Below are positions 8,419 through 22,788 of a DNA stretch of 64,000 bases, one piece after another (the stretch's first letter is position 1; every line of letters starts with the position of its first letter). A model generated the notes under the pieces. That model was not told the DNA's origin, made no database searches, and saw only the letters and a program-made list of their open reading frames with translations. The translations under genes and the position numbers were made by a program. Source of the stretch: Acidobacteriota bacterium (GTDB lineage Bacteria > Acidobacteriota > UBA890 > WLXD01); NCBI GenBank assembly GCA_965248695.1, contig CBDFKD010000002.1:2144001-2208000 (forward strand). The letters are read 5' to 3'.

Positions 8419-9591
8419 CTAACGACGACCGGCGGCGACGCGACGAAGCAGATCGTCGTACGAAGCTGCCATTCGATCCCACCCGTAGCGTCGTCGCACC
8501 TGGGCTGCGAGCCCGTCGGTTCCGTCTTGCCAGCGCGCCGGGTCGATCAACACATCGGCGAGCTTGTCTTCAAGATCCTCGACGCCGTCGTATAGACACC
8601 AGGCCCGACCGACGGACGGCAACACCTCGGGATAGCTGAGGCGCCTCGGGAGGAGAGGAATCGCCCCGGCGGCGACCGCTTCCAGCACGCTGATACCGAA
8701 GAACTCGTGCCAGGCGGTCGATACCACAACGGTCGCGCGGCCAAGCAATTCGACATACTCCAATCGCGGCAGAAACCCGGCATGGACAACACGGTTGCCG
8801 AGATCGCGCATCCCCGTTTCGAATGCTGCCGGCACCCCGCCTGGCTGCTCTCCGCACAGCGCGACACGAAAGGCAACGCCACGCTCGGCAACACCGCGCA
8901 GCGCGGTGAAGAACGCGGCGGGATTCTTATCGTATTCCCAGCGGTGGTTCCAAAGCACCAGAGGCAACTCGGCGTCGCCTTCCGCGGGGCGCTCCGCTGC
9001 GACACGGCTCTCGACCAGGTCCTCCACCCGGATGCCGGGATACACCACCTCGCTGCGATCGTGTAGCTGCTGCACACTGTCGAGCTCTTGATGATCCGGG
9101 GTGGCGGCGAGAAAACCCGGCAGCCGGGCCAGCAACGCGTCACGATGGAAAGCCGAATTGAAGGCGACGCGATCGGCCGCCAGCATGGAGACCAGGTTCA
9201 CGAACCCGTAGACATCGTTGCCCGCGCCGCGGTACTGATCCGGGGGGCACCCGCCGGCGGCGTCCGGCCCAGGGTCGCTGCCGACTGCCGGCAATGGGTA
9301 GGTGAACTGGTTCTCGTGCATATAGAGAACCAGCGGCACCGTCCCCGCCTGCCGGCGCGTCAACGCCAGAAACGTCGTCACGTCGAGCATGTCGGTGGCT
9401 AGGATCACATCGGCCGGAGCGATCTCGAGGTAGCGACGGGCGAGCGTGATGGCCGACCCGCGCATACGCCACTTCCAGAAGTGACCCGGTAGCGTCAACA
9501 GCTCGATATCGTGATCGCTATGCGCTGCCAGCCCTTCGGCCCAGGACGCATGGCTCCCCCCGTGGTACGGGGACAGCAGGGCAACGCGCAC
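8419..9591 (-). CDS. DUF3524/GTDC1 (QTMAN-like) GT-B glycosyltransferase
   Basis: PYHGGSH, WKWRMRGSA, YMHENQ.TYP, WNHRWEYDKNP and HEFFGISVLEA motifs. Confidence 0.85.
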   Translation of the reverse strand: MRVALLSPYHGGSHASWAEGLAAHSDHDIELLTLPGHFWKWRMRGSAITLARRYLEIAPADVILATDMLDVTTFLALTRRQAGTVPLVLYMHENQFTYPLPAVGSDPGPDAAGGCPPDQYRGAGNDVYGFVNLVSMLAADRVAFNSAFHRDALLARLPGFLAATPDHQELDSVQQLHDRSEVVYPGIRVEDLVESRVAAERPAEGDAELPLVLWNHRWEYDKNPAAFFTALRGVAERGVAFRVALCGEQPGGVPAAFETGMRDLGNRVVHAGFLPRLEYVELLGRATVVVSTAWHEFFGISVLEAVAAGAIPLLPRRLSYPEVLPSVGRAWCLYDGVEDLEDKLADVLIDPARWQDGTDGLAAQVRRRYGWDRMAASYDDLLRRVAAGRR

Positions 9592-9605
9592 CGTGGCTAG
9601 CAGTC

Positions 9606-10727
9606 CTAGCTGCCGGCCGCCTCTACGTTGGCCAGGCCGCGTGAGCCGGCCAGCTTGCTGCCGAAGAGGATCTCGTTGGTCGTGCAGTTGAGGTCGACGC
9701 CATACAACCAGCGGCCGGTCGTTCTGACGTCGGCACCGTCGAGCACGAAGGCCGTCCCTTGCTTGCCGGCTATCAGGCCGGTGGCGAACTCGAACGGCAG
9801 CGGAAAGGGACACGGCAACCTGAGCACGCCGCTAACGATCAGTGCCAGCTCGGCCAGGTTGGCGAACCAGTATCGTCCGGCCGGGTCGACATCAAACGCC
9901 GTCGCCTGAATTCCGACGCCGTTCCAAACTCGCTTGACCTTGGTCAGTTTCTTGCCGGTGATGCGCCAGATCGAGTCCCAGCGATCCGGGAACAGCGGAG
10001 TCATCAACGGTCCGCCCTCGCCGTCGACGAAGTAGACGTTGCCGTTCGTGTCGCGTGCCAGCAGCTTGGGGTTGAACAACTCCTTGCGCGGCGCAAGTAT
10101 CGTGAACTCCCCGGTCTCGAGGTCGTAGCGCCACAAACGGCCGTCGACAACGGCCTGACCGCTGACGGTGGCGCCCTGATCCGCGATAATCAAGCCTCCC
10201 CGCCCATCGAACAGGACGTCGTTGGCGAAGCCGAACGAAGCAGCCTGACCGGCTGGGGATGCCAGCTCGGTCAGGTTGTTGCGCGTTTTCGCGACGTCGA
10301 ACAGCAGAACCCGCGACACGGCCGCGATCGCCAGCAGGCCAGACACCGAATCGAACGCAACCCCGCGTGCCACGAAGCTCGACTTGACCTTCTTCCCCTT
10401 GACGCCGGCGGGGGGGTCGAGGTTGAACTCGAGGGCGCGGAAGCGTTTCTCGGTGACCGACAACAGCTCTCCGGGCTCGGGAGTCAGCCGGCGCAGATCA
10501 GCGCCGGAAACAACGCGACTGGGGGCGAGCTGCCGGTCCTCGCGCTGCGCCAGATTGGCATCCGCTCGCACGAGCCGGCGGCGTTCGAGAGCCAGCGCCA
10601 GTCTGGCGTTGTCCTCGGGCGCCTGCTCCGCCCTGGCTAGCGAGGGCGACGGCGAAACCAGTGTCAACCCCGGCAGACCGAGCACCAATGCACAGAGGGA
10701 GAGCGGGCCGTACAGTTTCCGTGACAT
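9606..10727 (-). CDS. Secreted hypothetical protein, probable beta-propeller
   Basis: Signal peptide; repeated blade-like motifs GVAFDS, DVLFDGRG, ARDTNGNVY and FDVDPAGRYW. Confidence 0.6.
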   Translation of the reverse strand: MSRKLYGPLSLCALVLGLPGLTLVSPSPSLARAEQAPEDNARLALALERRRLVRADANLAQREDRQLAPSRVVSGADLRRLTPEPGELLSVTEKRFRALEFNLDPPAGVKGKKVKSSFVARGVAFDSVSGLLAIAAVSRVLLFDVAKTRNNLTELASPAGQAASFGFANDVLFDGRGGLIIADQGATVSGQAVVDGRLWRYDLETGEFTILAPRKELFNPKLLARDTNGNVYFVDGEGGPLMTPLFPDRWDSIWRITGKKLTKVKRVWNGVGIQATAFDVDPAGRYWFANLAELALIVSGVLRLPCPFPLPFEFATGLIAGKQGTAFVLDGADVRTTGRWLYGVDLNCTTNEILFGSKLAGSRGLANVEAAGS

Positions 10728-10820
10728 GGCGAAAGGAACGTTCGGTGTTGGAGCGCGGTAGCGCCGAACGGCGGAGCCGAATTGCGAGCGCTCGTGAGTA
10801 TAACGCGTGCGCTCTCTCGA

Positions 10821-10849
10821 TTGACCCACTCGGAGGCCACGCATACCAT
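10821..10849 (+). promoter_or_regulatory. Sigma70-type promoter for the tRNA cluster
   Basis: TTGACC-17 nt-TACCAT about 60 nt upstream of tRNA-His. Confidence 0.6.
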
Positions 10850-10909
10850 GGCGGGCTCAGTGTCCCGGGCCGGTTGCTCGAAGAGTACCCGACTCGGGAG
10901 ACACTGGGT

Positions 10910-10983
10910 GGTGAGCGTAGCTCAACGGGCAGAGCACTCGGCTGTGGCCCGAGAGGTTGGGGGTTCAAGTCCCCTCGCTCACC
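10910..10983 (+). tRNA. tRNA-His(GUG)
   Basis: Cloverleaf with acceptor GTGAGCG/CGCTCAC, G-1 and C discriminator, anticodon arm CTCGG-CTGTGGC-CCGAG, TTCAA T-loop; CCA not encoded. Confidence 0.95.
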
Positions 10984-10988
10984 CCTGC

Positions 10989-11063
10989 GCGCCCGTAGCT
11001 CAGCACGGATAGAGCGTCAGATTCCGGATCTGAAAGTCGCAGGTTCGAATCCTGCCGGGCGCA
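10989..11063 (+). tRNA. tRNA-Arg(CCG)
   Basis: Acceptor GCGCCCG/CGGGCGC, anticodon arm TCAGA-TTCCGGA-TCTGA, GGTTCGAATCC. Confidence 0.95.
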
Positions 11064-11103
11064 TCTCTTTTTGTTCGTTTTGGTACTCTGAGCCTGGTTG
11101 CTT

Positions 11104-11176
11104 GGGCCGCTAGCTCAACTGGCAGAGCAACGGACTCTTAATCCGTAGGTTCTAGGTTCGATTCCTAGGCGGCTCA
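11104..11176 (+). tRNA. tRNA-Lys(CUU)
   Basis: Acceptor GGGCCGC/GCGGCTC, anticodon arm ACGGA-CTCTTAA-TCCGT, GGTTCGATTCC. Confidence 0.95.
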
Positions 11177-11266
11177 CCTCTTTCGACAGGTCGACCTGTC
11201 AATCGCCAGTCGGTCTATGTCGCTTCGCCCGCTCGGGAAGCGACTGCCGGCGGCGAGAAGCGCCGC

Positions 11267-11350
11267 GCGAAAGTGGCGGAATTGGCAGACGCGCTGGCCT
11301 TAGGAGCCAGTGGGCTAACGCCCGTGGGGGTTCGAGTCCCCCCTTTCGCA
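11267..11350 (+). tRNA. tRNA-Leu(UAG)
   Basis: Acceptor GCGAAAG/CTTTCGC, anticodon arm CTGGC-CTTAGGA-GCCAG, long variable arm; typical position upstream of tig. Confidence 0.95.
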
Positions 11351-11437
11351 TGATTCCGGCGACCTTCGAGACCAGCCGGTAGCTGACTCGACGGCGCGCT
11401 ACGCCCCACACCTTCGACACTGCCGGAAGCGATACGA

Positions 11438-12769
11438 ATGAGCACTACGAACGATCACGAGGCCGAGCACTCGCAGGACGGAGTGCGCCACACGCTGCGG
11501 TTGATAGTTCCGGCCGAGCTCATGGGCCAGCGGCTCGAGATGGCCGCGCAGGCCTTCCGCGAGCACGCTCGGATCGCCGGGTTCCGGCGTGGCAAGGCTC
11601 CCCTCTCCATGGTCACCCAGCAGTTCGGAGATCAAATCCGCCAGCGGGTGCTGGATGAAACGATCCCGGAGTTCGTCCGTTCGGAATTGCAGGCACGCGA
11701 GCTGCACCCGCTCGATTCGCCGGCGCTCGGCGACGTCGAGTTCAGTCCCGGCGCACCGCTGACGTTCACCGTGAGCTTCGATACCGCGCCCGAGGTGGTG
11801 GTGGCCGACGCCGAGCTGACCGCCACCAGGGAACGCCCGCAGCTTAGCGACGAGATCGTCGACGAGGCGCTGTCGAATTTGCGCGAGCGGGCCGCCAGTC
11901 TCGCACCGGCCGGAGAGGAAGAAGGCATTGCCGCCGGGATGTTCGCGCGCTGCGAGATCGCCCTGTTCGCCAAAGACGGCAAGGGCAGAAAGCTCCTGGA
12001 AGAGAACCGCTACGTCCGCGTCGGCGAGGAGCGCGCCATCCCGGGGCTCAATGTCCAGCTGGAGGGGCTCACCGTAGGTGAGGAGCGGACGTTCGTCACC
12101 GAGTTGGCCGATACCTATCCGAACTCGCTTCTGGCTGGCAAGGAAGTCCGCTGTCGCGTCCAGGTGGTCGAGATCAAGCGCCGTCAGTTGCCGACGATCG
12201 ACGACGACTTCGCCAAGGACCTCGGGTTCGACGATCTGGCAGCGCTGCGCGCAAAGGCAGGCGAGGACCTGACCGTATCGATGGAGGCAAAGGCGGAGCG
12301 CGCCCTCGAGCAACAGCTGCTCGACCAGCTGCGCATCAAGAATCCGGTTGACGTGCCCGACTCGCTCACCGAGCGACGTCTCGACGAGATGTCGCAACGG
12401 TTCGCTTCCGATCTCGCACAGCAGGGTGTCGACCCGCGCGAAGCAATCGACTGGGCCGAGTTCCGAGCCGAGAATCGACAGCGGGCAAGCGACGGAATCG
12501 CCGAGGAAATGCTGCTCGACCGTATCGCCGACGACGAGGAGATCATCGTCGATGACGGGGCGGTGACAGGCGAAATCCGCTCCCAACTCGAGCAAAACGA
12601 GGGTGGAAACGAGCGGTCCCTTGCGTCCGTGGTTCAGCAGATGCGGAAGGAGGGGGCCTTCGAGGGATTGCGTATCACGATGCGCAGACGTTTGGCTTTG
12701 GATCACCTCCAGGACCGTGCTACGATTACCGACGATGGCGGCGAAAACGCCAGTGTTTCCGGGACTTAG
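11438..12769 (+). CDS. tig: Trigger factor
   Basis: GFRRGKAP ribosome-binding signature, FKBP-like domain, position upstream of clpP. Confidence 0.93.
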   Translation: MSTTNDHEAEHSQDGVRHTLRLIVPAELMGQRLEMAAQAFREHARIAGFRRGKAPLSMVTQQFGDQIRQRVLDETIPEFVRSELQARELHPLDSPALGDVEFSPGAPLTFTVSFDTAPEVVVADAELTATRERPQLSDEIVDEALSNLRERAASLAPAGEEEGIAAGMFARCEIALFAKDGKGRKLLEENRYVRVGEERAIPGLNVQLEGLTVGEERTFVTELADTYPNSLLAGKEVRCRVQVVEIKRRQLPTIDDDFAKDLGFDDLAALRAKAGEDLTVSMEAKAERALEQQLLDQLRIKNPVDVPDSLTERRLDEMSQRFASDLAQQGVDPREAIDWAEFRAENRQRASDGIAEEMLLDRIADDEEIIVDDGAVTGEIRSQLEQNEGGNERSLASVVQQMRKEGAFEGLRITMRRRLALDHLQDRATITDDGGENASVSGT

Positions 12770-12867
12770 TGAGTTATCGGGACTGGGTTGGCGCCGCTTC
12801 TTTTTTTGTTGAGTAGCGACGATTTCGACGCGGCAAACTGCCTGCCGCCTGCCCGCTGGAGGGCGCG

Positions 12868-13458
12868 ATGACGCTGGTCCCGATGGTCGTAGAGCAGACC
12901 GCTCGCGGCGAGCGCGCCTACGACATCTACTCGCGGCTGCTCAAGGACCACATCATCTTCATCGGTAGCCCGATTGACGACATTATCGCCAATCTGGTGA
13001 TCGCGCAGCTCCTGTTTCTGGAAGCCGAGGACCCGGAGCGCGACATCTCCCTTTACATCAACAGCCCGGGCGGATCGGTCACCGACGGGCTCGCGATGCT
13101 CGATACCATGCAGTTCATCCGGCCCGACGTGTCGACTATCTGTATCGGACAGGCGATGAGCATGGGCGCGGTCCTCCTGGCGGCGGGAGCACCGGGGAAG
13201 CGCTTCGCGCTCCCGAGCGCGCGCATCATGATCCATCAACCGTCGGGCGGCATGCAGGGGACAGCGGCTGACATCCAGATCCAGGCGCGCGAGATCCTGC
13301 GGCTCCGAGAGGAGCTCAACCAGATGCTGGCCCGTTGGACCGGACAATCAGCAGAGAAGATCGCCGCGGACGCCGACCGCGACTTCGTTCTGACAGCGGC
13401 CGAATCGGTCAAGTATGGTTTGATAGACAAGGTTATCGACTCACGCGACGTCACCTAA
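12868..13458 (+). CDS. clpP: ATP-dependent Clp protease proteolytic subunit
   Basis: [20 protein letters not shown] and MIHQP motifs. Confidence 0.98.
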   Translation: MTLVPMVVEQTARGERAYDIYSRLLKDHIIFIGSPIDDIIANLVIAQLLFLEAEDPERDISLYINSPGGSVTDGLAMLDTMQFIRPDVSTICIGQAMSMGAVLLAAGAPGKRFALPSARIMIHQPSGGMQGTAADIQIQAREILRLREELNQMLARWTGQSAEKIAADADRDFVLTAAESVKYGLIDKVIDSRDVT

Positions 13459-13518
13459 CCCGCCTACCCCCGTGCGCTCGATGGGGCGGGCGCGCTTCCG
13501 GTCTCCAGGAAATCGAAC

Positions 13519-14760
13519 ATGAGCCGATCCAGCTCGGGAAACTCATCGCTGCGGTGCTCGTTCTGTAGCAAGAGCCAGAGCGAAGTCCGCAAGCTGATCG
13601 CCGGCCCCAACGTCTACATCTGCGATGAGTGCATCGAGATCTGCACCGACATCATCGCCGAGGAGCGCGACCTCGAGGAGCGCAGTGAGCTCGTCGAGCT
13701 GCCAAAGCCGGCAGAGATCAAAGCTTTCCTCGACCAATACGTGGTCGGACAAGGCGGTGCCAAGAAGAAGCTGGCGGTGGCGGTCTACAACCACTATCGC
13801 CGCAGCGACCTGCTCGACCGCCGCTCTGGAGACGATGTCGAGCTCTCGAAGAGCAACATCCTGCTGATCGGCCCAACCGGGACGGGCAAGACGTTGCTCG
13901 CCCAGACGCTGGCTCGCGTGCTCCAGGTGCCGTTCACGATCGCCGACGCCACTACCCTCACCGAAGCCGGGTATGTCGGCGAGGACGTCGAGAACATCGT
14001 GCTCAAGCTCTTCCAAGCGTCCGGCTACGACAAAGAGAAGACCGAGCGCGGCATCATTTACATCGACGAGATCGACAAGATCGCCCGCAAGGACGAGAAC
14101 CCCTCGATCACCCGCGACGTGTCCGGCGAGGGTGTCCAGCAGGCGTTGTTGAAGATCCTCGAGGGCGTGCAGGCGAACGTGCCGCCGCAGGGCGGTCGCA
14201 AGCACCCGCACCAGGAGTTTTTCCAGATCGATACGACCAACGTGCTGTTCATCGTCGGCGGCGCGTTCGTCGGGCTTGACCGCATCATCTCGCAACGAGT
14301 CGGACGTCAGGGCATGGGCTTTACGGCTGACGTGAAGGCGGAAGTCGCCAACGACGAGAATCTCTTCGCTCAGGTACAGCCCGGCGATCTGATCCGCTAC
14401 GGGCTCATTCCAGAGTTCGTTGGTCGCCTGCCGGTTGTCGGTCACTTGAACTCGCTCAACCGAGAAGACCTCGTCACGATCTTGACGGAGCCCAAGAACG
14501 CCCTCGTGAAGCAGTATCAGAAATTGTTCGATTGCGAGGGCGTCAATTTGAACTTCACCGACGACTCGTTGGTAGCGATTGCCGAGGCGGCAATCGACCG
14601 CGGTATCGGTGCCCGTGGGCTCCGCGCCATCATGGAAGATTTCATGCTCGAGATCATGTACAAGCTGCCGAGCGAGATCGGCCTCGAGGAATGCGTGATC
14701 TCCCGCGAGGTCGTGGAGAACAAGATCGACCCGCTGGCCGTGATCAAGAAGGCCGGCTAG
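13519..14760 (+). CDS. clpX: Clp protease ATP-binding subunit ClpX
   Basis: C4 zinc domain, [16 protein letters not shown] and RKH loop. Confidence 0.98.
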   Translation: MSRSSSGNSSLRCSFCSKSQSEVRKLIAGPNVYICDECIEICTDIIAEERDLEERSELVELPKPAEIKAFLDQYVVGQGGAKKKLAVAVYNHYRRSDLLDRRSGDDVELSKSNILLIGPTGTGKTLLAQTLARVLQVPFTIADATTLTEAGYVGEDVENIVLKLFQASGYDKEKTERGIIYIDEIDKIARKDENPSITRDVSGEGVQQALLKILEGVQANVPPQGGRKHPHQEFFQIDTTNVLFIVGGAFVGLDRIISQRVGRQGMGFTADVKAEVANDENLFAQVQPGDLIRYGLIPEFVGRLPVVGHLNSLNREDLVTILTEPKNALVKQYQKLFDCEGVNLNFTDDSLVAIAEAAIDRGIGARGLRAIMEDFMLEIMYKLPSEIGLEECVISREVVENKIDPLAVIKKAG

Positions 14761-14980
14761 CCGCCCAGCAGCGAGCTTCGCGATCATGGGACGGCGTAGG
14801 GAACGGTTTGCGGCTGTCTCCGCGCACCGTGTAACCTCTATTCTGTAGGGGGAAGCAGCGCATCGACTCGCTGGCGTCCGTGCCAACCGGGTCTTTCCAC
14901 CGTAGCTCGGCCCTCGGCACGGTTTTGAAGGCGCACCAGCCCGACGTCCTGTCGGCCACCACCCGAACCTCCCACGATCT

Positions 14981-17725
<2,745 letters not shown>

Positions 17726-17774
17726 GCGCCGGTTGAGGAGCTCGCCGCCGAGGGCGGCGGCGCGAGGACCCGCG

Positions 17775-18380
17775 GTGAAGATCCAGGACGTACGCCCGAC
17801 ATTCACCACCTCCCGTGCGGGTGACTACCCGCCGGAGTCACTGCCCGAGATCGCGTTCCTCGGTCGGTCCAACGTCGGCAAGTCCAGCCTTTTGAACTCG
17901 CTGCTCAATCGCAAGCGGCTAGCGCGCACCAGCAAGGCACCTGGTCGTACGCGCGCCATCCACTGGTATCGGGTCGAGGGCGGCGGACACCGATGCCACT
18001 TCGTCGACCTGCCGGGGTACGGCTACGCGCGCGTGCCACGGAAGGTACGCGAGCACGAGTGGGCAACCCTGATCGAGACCTATCTGGAGTCGAAGCAGCC
18101 GATGGCGGTGGCGATCCAGCTGCTCGATATCCGGCGCGACGGCCCCACCGAATTGGATGAGCAGATGATCGCGTGGTTGCGGGCCAACCAGCGGTCGACC
18201 ACCTATGTGCTCACCAAGGCCGACAAGCTGTCGCGCTCACGGCGCGCTCGCGCCGCTCAGCTGTTCGCTCGAAAGCTCCAGCTGCCGGACGGCGCGAGAC
18301 CGATTCCCTACTCGGCGGTGACCGGCGAGGGCCGCGCCGAGCTGTGGTCGATCCTCGACGCGCACATTGCGGCGAGCTGA
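17775..18380 (+). CDS. engB: Ribosome biogenesis GTPase YihA/YsxC
   Basis: GRSNVGKSS, DLPGYG and TKADK motifs; follows lon. Confidence 0.95.
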   Translation: MKIQDVRPTFTTSRAGDYPPESLPEIAFLGRSNVGKSSLLNSLLNRKRLARTSKAPGRTRAIHWYRVEGGGHRCHFVDLPGYGYARVPRKVREHEWATLIETYLESKQPMAVAIQLLDIRRDGPTELDEQMIAWLRANQRSTTYVLTKADKLSRSRRARAAQLFARKLQLPDGARPIPYSAVTGEGRAELWSILDAHIAAS

Positions 18381-18531
18381 TCGGCAACAGAGAAGGCCCG
18401 TGACGGTGACCCGAGTCGATGAAAGTCGTCGTTGAATGGTATTCTTGTTGCTCTGTCCCACCTGGCGACACTCGCCTCCAATACCTCGCTGACGGCACCG
18501 CTGTGGACAGCGAGAACAGGACAACGCTCCC

Positions 18532-19044
18532 ATGAAAGAAGGACTGCACCCGGAATACCACCCGGTCATCTTCGTGGACAGCGCCGCTGAGTTCGAGCTC
18601 GTGACCCGGTCCACCAAGACCAGCGGCGAAACGCGCGCGATCGACGGCGTCGATCACTACGTGATCCGTGTCGAGATTTCCTCGGCGTCGCATCCCTTCT
18701 TCACCGGCGAGCAGCGCTTCGTCGACACCGCCGGCCGGGTGGAGAAATTCCAGCGCAAGTACCAGCAGTTCTACGAGGCGCAGGACGAGGCAAGAGAGAA
18801 GGTCAAGAAGGTGGAGGCCAAGAAGGCCGCCAAGGCGGCGCCCGCCAGCGAGGACACCGGCGCATCCGAGGCCGCACCCAGCACCGCAGAGGCAGAGACT
18901 GAGGTCAAGGCGGCGACGGAGCCGGCTGAAGTCGAAGCCGCCACCGAGGAAGGCACCAGCGAGGAAACAGGCGCCGAGGATGCAGGCGACGACGCTGCCG
19001 TCGACGGGGACGAAGCTGCCGACGACCCCGAAGCCGAGAGCTAA
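18532..19044 (+). CDS. rpmE2: 50S ribosomal protein L31 type B (zinc-free) with acidic tail
   Basis: [18 protein letters not shown] and DTAGRVEKF motifs; no Cys residues. Confidence 0.93.
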   Translation: MKEGLHPEYHPVIFVDSAAEFELVTRSTKTSGETRAIDGVDHYVIRVEISSASHPFFTGEQRFVDTAGRVEKFQRKYQQFYEAQDEAREKVKKVEAKKAAKAAPASEDTGASEAAPSTAEAETEVKAATEPAEVEAATEEGTSEETGAEDAGDDAAVDGDEAADDPEAES

Positions 19045-19089
19045 GGAGCGACGCGCCAGGACCACAGCCGTGGTCTGCGCGTTCCGACC

Positions 19090-20178
19090 GTGCAAGAGCA
19101 GGTCCTGACACGGCTTCAGGAGCTCGAGAAGCGCTTCGACGCACTCAACGATGAGATCGTGCGCCCGGAGGTCATCCAAGACGGCCCGCGCTATACCGAG
19201 CTGATCAAGCAACACGCCGAGCTCGAGCAGATCGTCAGCGCGTCTCGTCGGCTACAGGATCTCGACCGTGGTATTCGTGACAGCGAAGGACTGCTCGACG
19301 AGGCCGATCCCGAGATGCGGGAGCTCGCCGAGGAGGAGATCACCCGGCTAGGCGGCGAGCGCGACGAGCTCGAGCAAGCCATCTACCGCATGCTCCTGCC
19401 CAAAGACCCGAACGACTCCAAGAACGTCGTGCTCGAAGTCCGGGCCGGCACCGGCGGAGAAGAGGCGGCCCTGTTCGCGGCGGAGATCTTCCGCATGTAT
19501 GCCCGCTATGCGGAGGCGCGGCGCTGGAAGGTCGACGTGATGAGCGAGAGCGGCACCGGCACAGGCGGGCTGAAGGAAGTCATCGCGGTCGTCGAGGGAC
19601 ATGGCGCGTACAGTCGCCTGAAATACGAGAGCGGCGTTCATCGGGTGCAGCGAGTACCGGCGACCGAATCATCCGGGCGCATCCACACCTCCGCCGTAAC
19701 CGTAGCGGTCATGCCCGAGGCCAAGGACGTCGAGGTACAGATCGAGGACAAGGACCTGCGCATCGATCGCTTCTGTTCGTCGGGGCCCGGTGGCCAGAGC
19801 GTGAATACGACCTATTCGGCAATTCGGGTAACACACATGCCCAGCGGCCTGGTGGTGTCGTGCCAGGACGAGAAATCACAGCACAAGAACCTGGCGAAGG
19901 CGATGCGAGTGCTGCGCTCACGCCTGCACGACAAGGAGATGCAAGAACAGCAAGCCGAACGCGCTGCTGAGCGCCGCGGCATGGTGGGCACCGGCGACCG
20001 TAGCGAGAAGATTCGCACCTACAATTTCCCGCAGAACCGGGTGACGGATCACCGCGTCCACATAACGGTTCACAAGCTCGCCGAGGTCCTGGATGGCAAT
20101 CTTGACGCGGTGCTCGACGACGCCATCACCGCCTTCGAGGCGGAGCGTCTGAAGGCCGAGTTCCAGGCGGCGGGCTGA
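19090..20178 (+). CDS. prfA: Peptide chain release factor 1
   Basis: GGQ motif, PAT specificity motif, RTYNFPQ. Confidence 0.98.
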   Translation: MQEQVLTRLQELEKRFDALNDEIVRPEVIQDGPRYTELIKQHAELEQIVSASRRLQDLDRGIRDSEGLLDEADPEMRELAEEEITRLGGERDELEQAIYRMLLPKDPNDSKNVVLEVRAGTGGEEAALFAAEIFRMYARYAEARRWKVDVMSESGTGTGGLKEVIAVVEGHGAYSRLKYESGVHRVQRVPATESSGRIHTSAVTVAVMPEAKDVEVQIEDKDLRIDRFCSSGPGGQSVNTTYSAIRVTHMPSGLVVSCQDEKSQHKNLAKAMRVLRSRLHDKEMQEQQAERAAERRGMVGTGDRSEKIRTYNFPQNRVTDHRVHITVHKLAEVLDGNLDAVLDDAITAFEAERLKAEFQAAG

Positions 20179-20196
20179 TGTGCCCGGCGTGGCGAC

Positions 20197-21069
20197 GTGG
20201 TCGCGGTGTCCGTGCACCGAACAGTTGACGCTGCACTGCGCGACGCCGCTTCACGGCTGCAGTCGTCGGGAGTGGACGCGCCGAGGATCCAGGCAACCGC
20301 CCTGCTGGGCCATGCGCTGCAGGTCGATCGCGCGGCGCTACTGGCACGCCTGTCGGAGACGGTGGATTCTCGCGCGGCGCAAGCCTTCGAAAGGCTCGTC
20401 GAGCTTCGCTGTGCACGCTATCCGCTCCAGTACTTGCTCGGCAGCGCCAGCTTCCTGGACTTCGAGGTTCGCGTCGGTCCCGGTGTCTTCATCCCACGGC
20501 CAGAGACCGAGCAACTCGCCGAGACGGCCCGGCAGCTCTGGAGTCCGGCCCATCCCTTGGTCGTCGAGGTCGGGACGGGCAGTGGTACCATCGCCATCGC
20601 GTTGACACGCGCCCACTCGGGATGTCGTGTGTTGGCAATCGATTCCTCCTCCACCGCGCTCGCCTCCGCAGCCGCAAGCGCAGCGGACAATGGCGTCGCC
20701 GATCAAATCACGTTCGTTCGGGCGGATCTTTTGTCTGCCGTGCAGCCGCGCACAGCGAGCACCGCTATCGGACTGCTGGTCAGCAATCCACCCTACGCCC
20801 GCTCGACGGACGTCACCCAGCCAGAGGTACGCGATCATGAACCCACGGCTGCCTGGGACGCCGGGCCGGCGGGAACCGAGATCTATGCGCGCTTGATCCC
20901 CCAGGCGGCGGAGCGACTGGTTTCGCCATGTCCGATGCTTCTGGAGCTCGGCTTCGGACAGGCTGAAGCCGTGGGCGAGTTACTCCAGCGGGACAACCGC
21001 TGGTCGTGCCCTCAGGTGGACCCCGATTTCCAGGGTATTGCGCGAGTTCTTACCGTCCGTCGCCGCTGA
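20197..21069 (+). CDS. prmC: Release factor glutamine methyltransferase
   Basis: IPRPETE, GTGSG and NPPY motifs; follows prfA. Confidence 0.95.
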   Translation: MVAVSVHRTVDAALRDAASRLQSSGVDAPRIQATALLGHALQVDRAALLARLSETVDSRAAQAFERLVELRCARYPLQYLLGSASFLDFEVRVGPGVFIPRPETEQLAETARQLWSPAHPLVVEVGTGSGTIAIALTRAHSGCRVLAIDSSSTALASAAASAADNGVADQITFVRADLLSAVQPRTASTAIGLLVSNPPYARSTDVTQPEVRDHEPTAAWDAGPAGTEIYARLIPQAAERLVSPCPMLLELGFGQAEAVGELLQRDNRWSCPQVDPDFQGIARVLTVRRR

Positions 21070-21105
21070 GATCAGGCGCGCCCCTTCTCGACCGGCCCGG
21101 AACAC

Positions 21106-21111
21106 TACAAT
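21106..21111 (+). promoter_or_regulatory. -10 element of a probable leaderless murA transcript
   Basis: TACAAT lies 6 nt upstream of ATG 21118; no Shine-Dalgarno sequence. Confidence 0.5.
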
Positions 21112-21117
21112 CTCGTC

Positions 21118-22371
<1,254 letters not shown>

Positions 22372-22382
22372 CCGGAGGGACA

Positions 22383-22730
22383 ATGGCTGACGACTGTCTG
22401 TTTTGTCGAATCGTAGCCGGCGACCTGGCCGCTACGATCGTGCTGGAAACGGAGCACGCGATCGCCTTCGAGGACATGAATCCCCAGGCGCCGATGCACG
22501 TACTGATCGTGCCGCGCAAGCACATTGCGACGCTCAACGACGTGCAGCCGGAGGACGAATCGACCGTGGGCGGATTACTCGCGATGGCCCGCGACATCGC
22601 CCGCGCGCGCGGCCTCGACGGCGCCGGCTACCGCACCGTCTTCAACTGCAATGCCGCCGCCGGGCAAACCGTGTTTCACCTGCACCTGCACCTGCTCGGC
22701 GGCCGCGAGCTATCCTGGCCGCCGGGCTAA
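22383..22730 (+). CDS. hinT: Histidine triad nucleotide-binding protein
   Basis: CLFCRI and GQTVFHLHLHLLGGR..WPPG motifs. Confidence 0.93.
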   Translation: MADDCLFCRIVAGDLAATIVLETEHAIAFEDMNPQAPMHVLIVPRKHIATLNDVQPEDESTVGGLLAMARDIARARGLDGAGYRTVFNCNAAAGQTVFHLHLHLLGGRELSWPPG

Positions 22731-22788
22731 CGAACTACGACACCGTCTTGGCAGCGCCAGCAGTGACCATCGCGACAGTGAGGACTCG

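Noticed and set aside
10910-11350. tRNA cluster as an integration site of a genomic island
   Set aside because: No adjacent integrase, and I saw no duplicated tRNA 3' end in the window.
11399-14886. Long antisense ORFs (11399-12706, 13543-14886) and similar ones across the window
   Set aside because: Shadow frames of well-conserved high-GC genes, with no recognisable motifs.
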